Shown here one piece after another: positions 63,159 to 64,000 of a stretch of 64,000 nucleotides of DNA; positions within the stretch are counted from its first letter, which is position 1; each line of letters begins with the position of its first letter. This DNA comes from an uncultured Bacteroidota bacterium (GTDB lineage Bacteria > Bacteroidota > Rhodothermia > Balneolales > HLUCCA01). The stretch is from positions 4,526 to 68,525 of the forward strand of contig CAMTWZ010000017.1 of NCBI GenBank assembly GCA_947085565.1. Reading direction: 5' to 3'. The position numbers and the translations under genes are program-made. Under the pieces are notes generated by a model. The model had not been told where the DNA came from. It saw only the letters and a list, made by a program, of their open reading frames with translations, and ran no database searches.

Positions 63159-63996
63159 TACTCGCGAACGCGCGGAACAGGGCACGAACCGTTTCCATGT
63201 GTCCTGACGTGGACAGATGAAAACCGTCTGAGCTGAGGTTCCAAGGCCCGACCGGCCGACCTAAACGCTGGCCGTACGGATCCACAACCACACCTGTCTT
63301 GCCGGAAAGCACTTCACGGACATGATGCAGGTCCGATTCCAAGATCGTCCCTTCGAATAGAGGGGATTCCTTCATCAGTTCCGGATCCGCTGGCGGAGGG
63401 GTGATCCAAACCACAGGGTTTTTCGTCACTTCCCCGGCCATGCTTTCCATGGCGGAAATATTCTCCCAGAACTCCGCAAGAGAGACCAGATTCCGGTTCG
63501 GAACGCCGTGCAAGCGCATCGCATCCAACGAACCCAATGCGATGATCACCCAATCGGGTTTCTCAAGGATCACATCCCGTTCAAAAGTTCTCAGACTATC
63601 GAGCGATGTGTATCCCGAAACCGCGGCGTTCACGCATCGGAAACCGCCTTCCGTTCCGATTTCCAACACATGCCGAAGAATTTCAAACCAGCCTTGGGAA
63701 TCTTCGGTGAGTCCGTCGCCAACTGCCACAATCGTGCCTTTTTCGCCGAAGGGCATCGCATTCAATCCATCCACGATCGCATCTTCTTTCAACAGCTCCA
63801 AAGCGGCATGCTTCGCAGCCATATCATAGCGGATGCGGGCCTCCATCAATTCATCTTCCGAAATGCCGATGAATCCGGCCTCGCCCTTCAAGGTGCGGGC
63901 ACCAGGCAGCAATGGAAATCGTTTTTTAAGATTCAGGATGGGGAGAAGCAACTGTTTGACCAGTGTGGCTTCTATCGCCGAAGTTGGATCAGACAT
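63142..63996 (-). CDS. SGNH/GDSL-like hydrolase family protein (non-canonical block I)
   Basis: Block I is VAVGDGLTE, block II NAAVSGYTS and block V SDGFHLS. Confidence 0.65.
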   Translation of the reverse strand: MSDPTSAIEATLVKQLLLPILNLKKRFPLLPGARTLKGEAGFIGISEDELMEARIRYDMAAKHAALELLKEDAIVDGLNAMPFGEKGTIVAVGDGLTEDSQGWFEILRHVLEIGTEGGFRCVNAAVSGYTSLDSLRTFERDVILEKPDWVIIALGSLDAMRLHGVPNRNLVSLAEFWENISAMESMAGEVTKNPVVWITPPPADPELMKESPLFEGTILESDLHHVREVLSGKTGVVVDPYGQRLGRPVGPWNLSSDGFHLSTSGHMETVRALFRAFASITSGS

Positions 63997-64000
63997 TGTG

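Noticed and set aside
1-64000. tRNA, rRNA, tmRNA or riboswitch elements in the intergenic spacers.
   Set aside because: Scanning the spacers by eye, I found no T-loop/acceptor-stem pattern (GGTTCGAATCC-like) or recognisable riboswitch core. A covariance-model scan would be needed to exclude them formally.

Overview
This is a 64-kb chromosomal window, most likely from a Bacteroidota/FCB-group bacterium. The taxon call rests on a T9SS-type C-terminal sorting domain on a secreted GH13 amylase, a PorD-like DUF4835 protein and a TonB-dependent receptor with a CarboxypepD_reg N-terminus. Left to right the window holds: (1) a partial hemF at the left edge, which the ORF track misses; (2) a decayed gene remnant between inverted repeat copies; (3) a class I HMG-CoA reductase truncated by an IS30-family element; (4) a minus-strand heme operon, hemH-hemA-hemC-hemD-hemE; (5) a small AT-rich island with a MarR-like regulator, DUF2024 and a thioredoxin-like protein; (6) an accessory zone at 11.2-17.1 kb with SWIM and TPR proteins, MntA/HepT, an orphan DUF433 gene and several decayed gene fragments; (7) a single-domain 6TM voltage-gated cation channel followed in frame, across its TGA stop, by a DUF2256 zinc-ribbon ORF; (8) an nrfH-nrfA-ccsB-ccsA-porin nitrite ammonification module; (9) ppc, the amylase, DUF58, the PorD-like gene and two outer-membrane beta-barrel candidates, one with ComEA-like HhH motifs; (10) an SDR, an OmpR/HisKA two-component pair, YjbR and a phosphodiester glycosidase; (11) an RND locus with an adaptor and two tandem permeases; (12) an acyl-CoA ligase and a locus of two lipoproteins plus a TonB receptor; (13) an rRNA-methyltransferase-like gene; (14) Phe/Tyr catabolism genes (PAH-like, HisC-like, hppD, hmgA) interleaved with rimO and an M23 peptidase. 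I saw no rRNA, tRNA or CRISPR array. I could not identify a convincing new multi-gene protein system. The strongest unexplained signal is non-coding: tandem heptanucleotide arrays (plus one octamer array) and a mosaic GC-rich hairpin repeat sit at many gene boundaries. In one case they lie in frame inside hemD, and in another they fill the 5' end or upstream region of a methyltransferase gene. All composition statements are by eye, and all homology calls come from motif recognition, not database searches.
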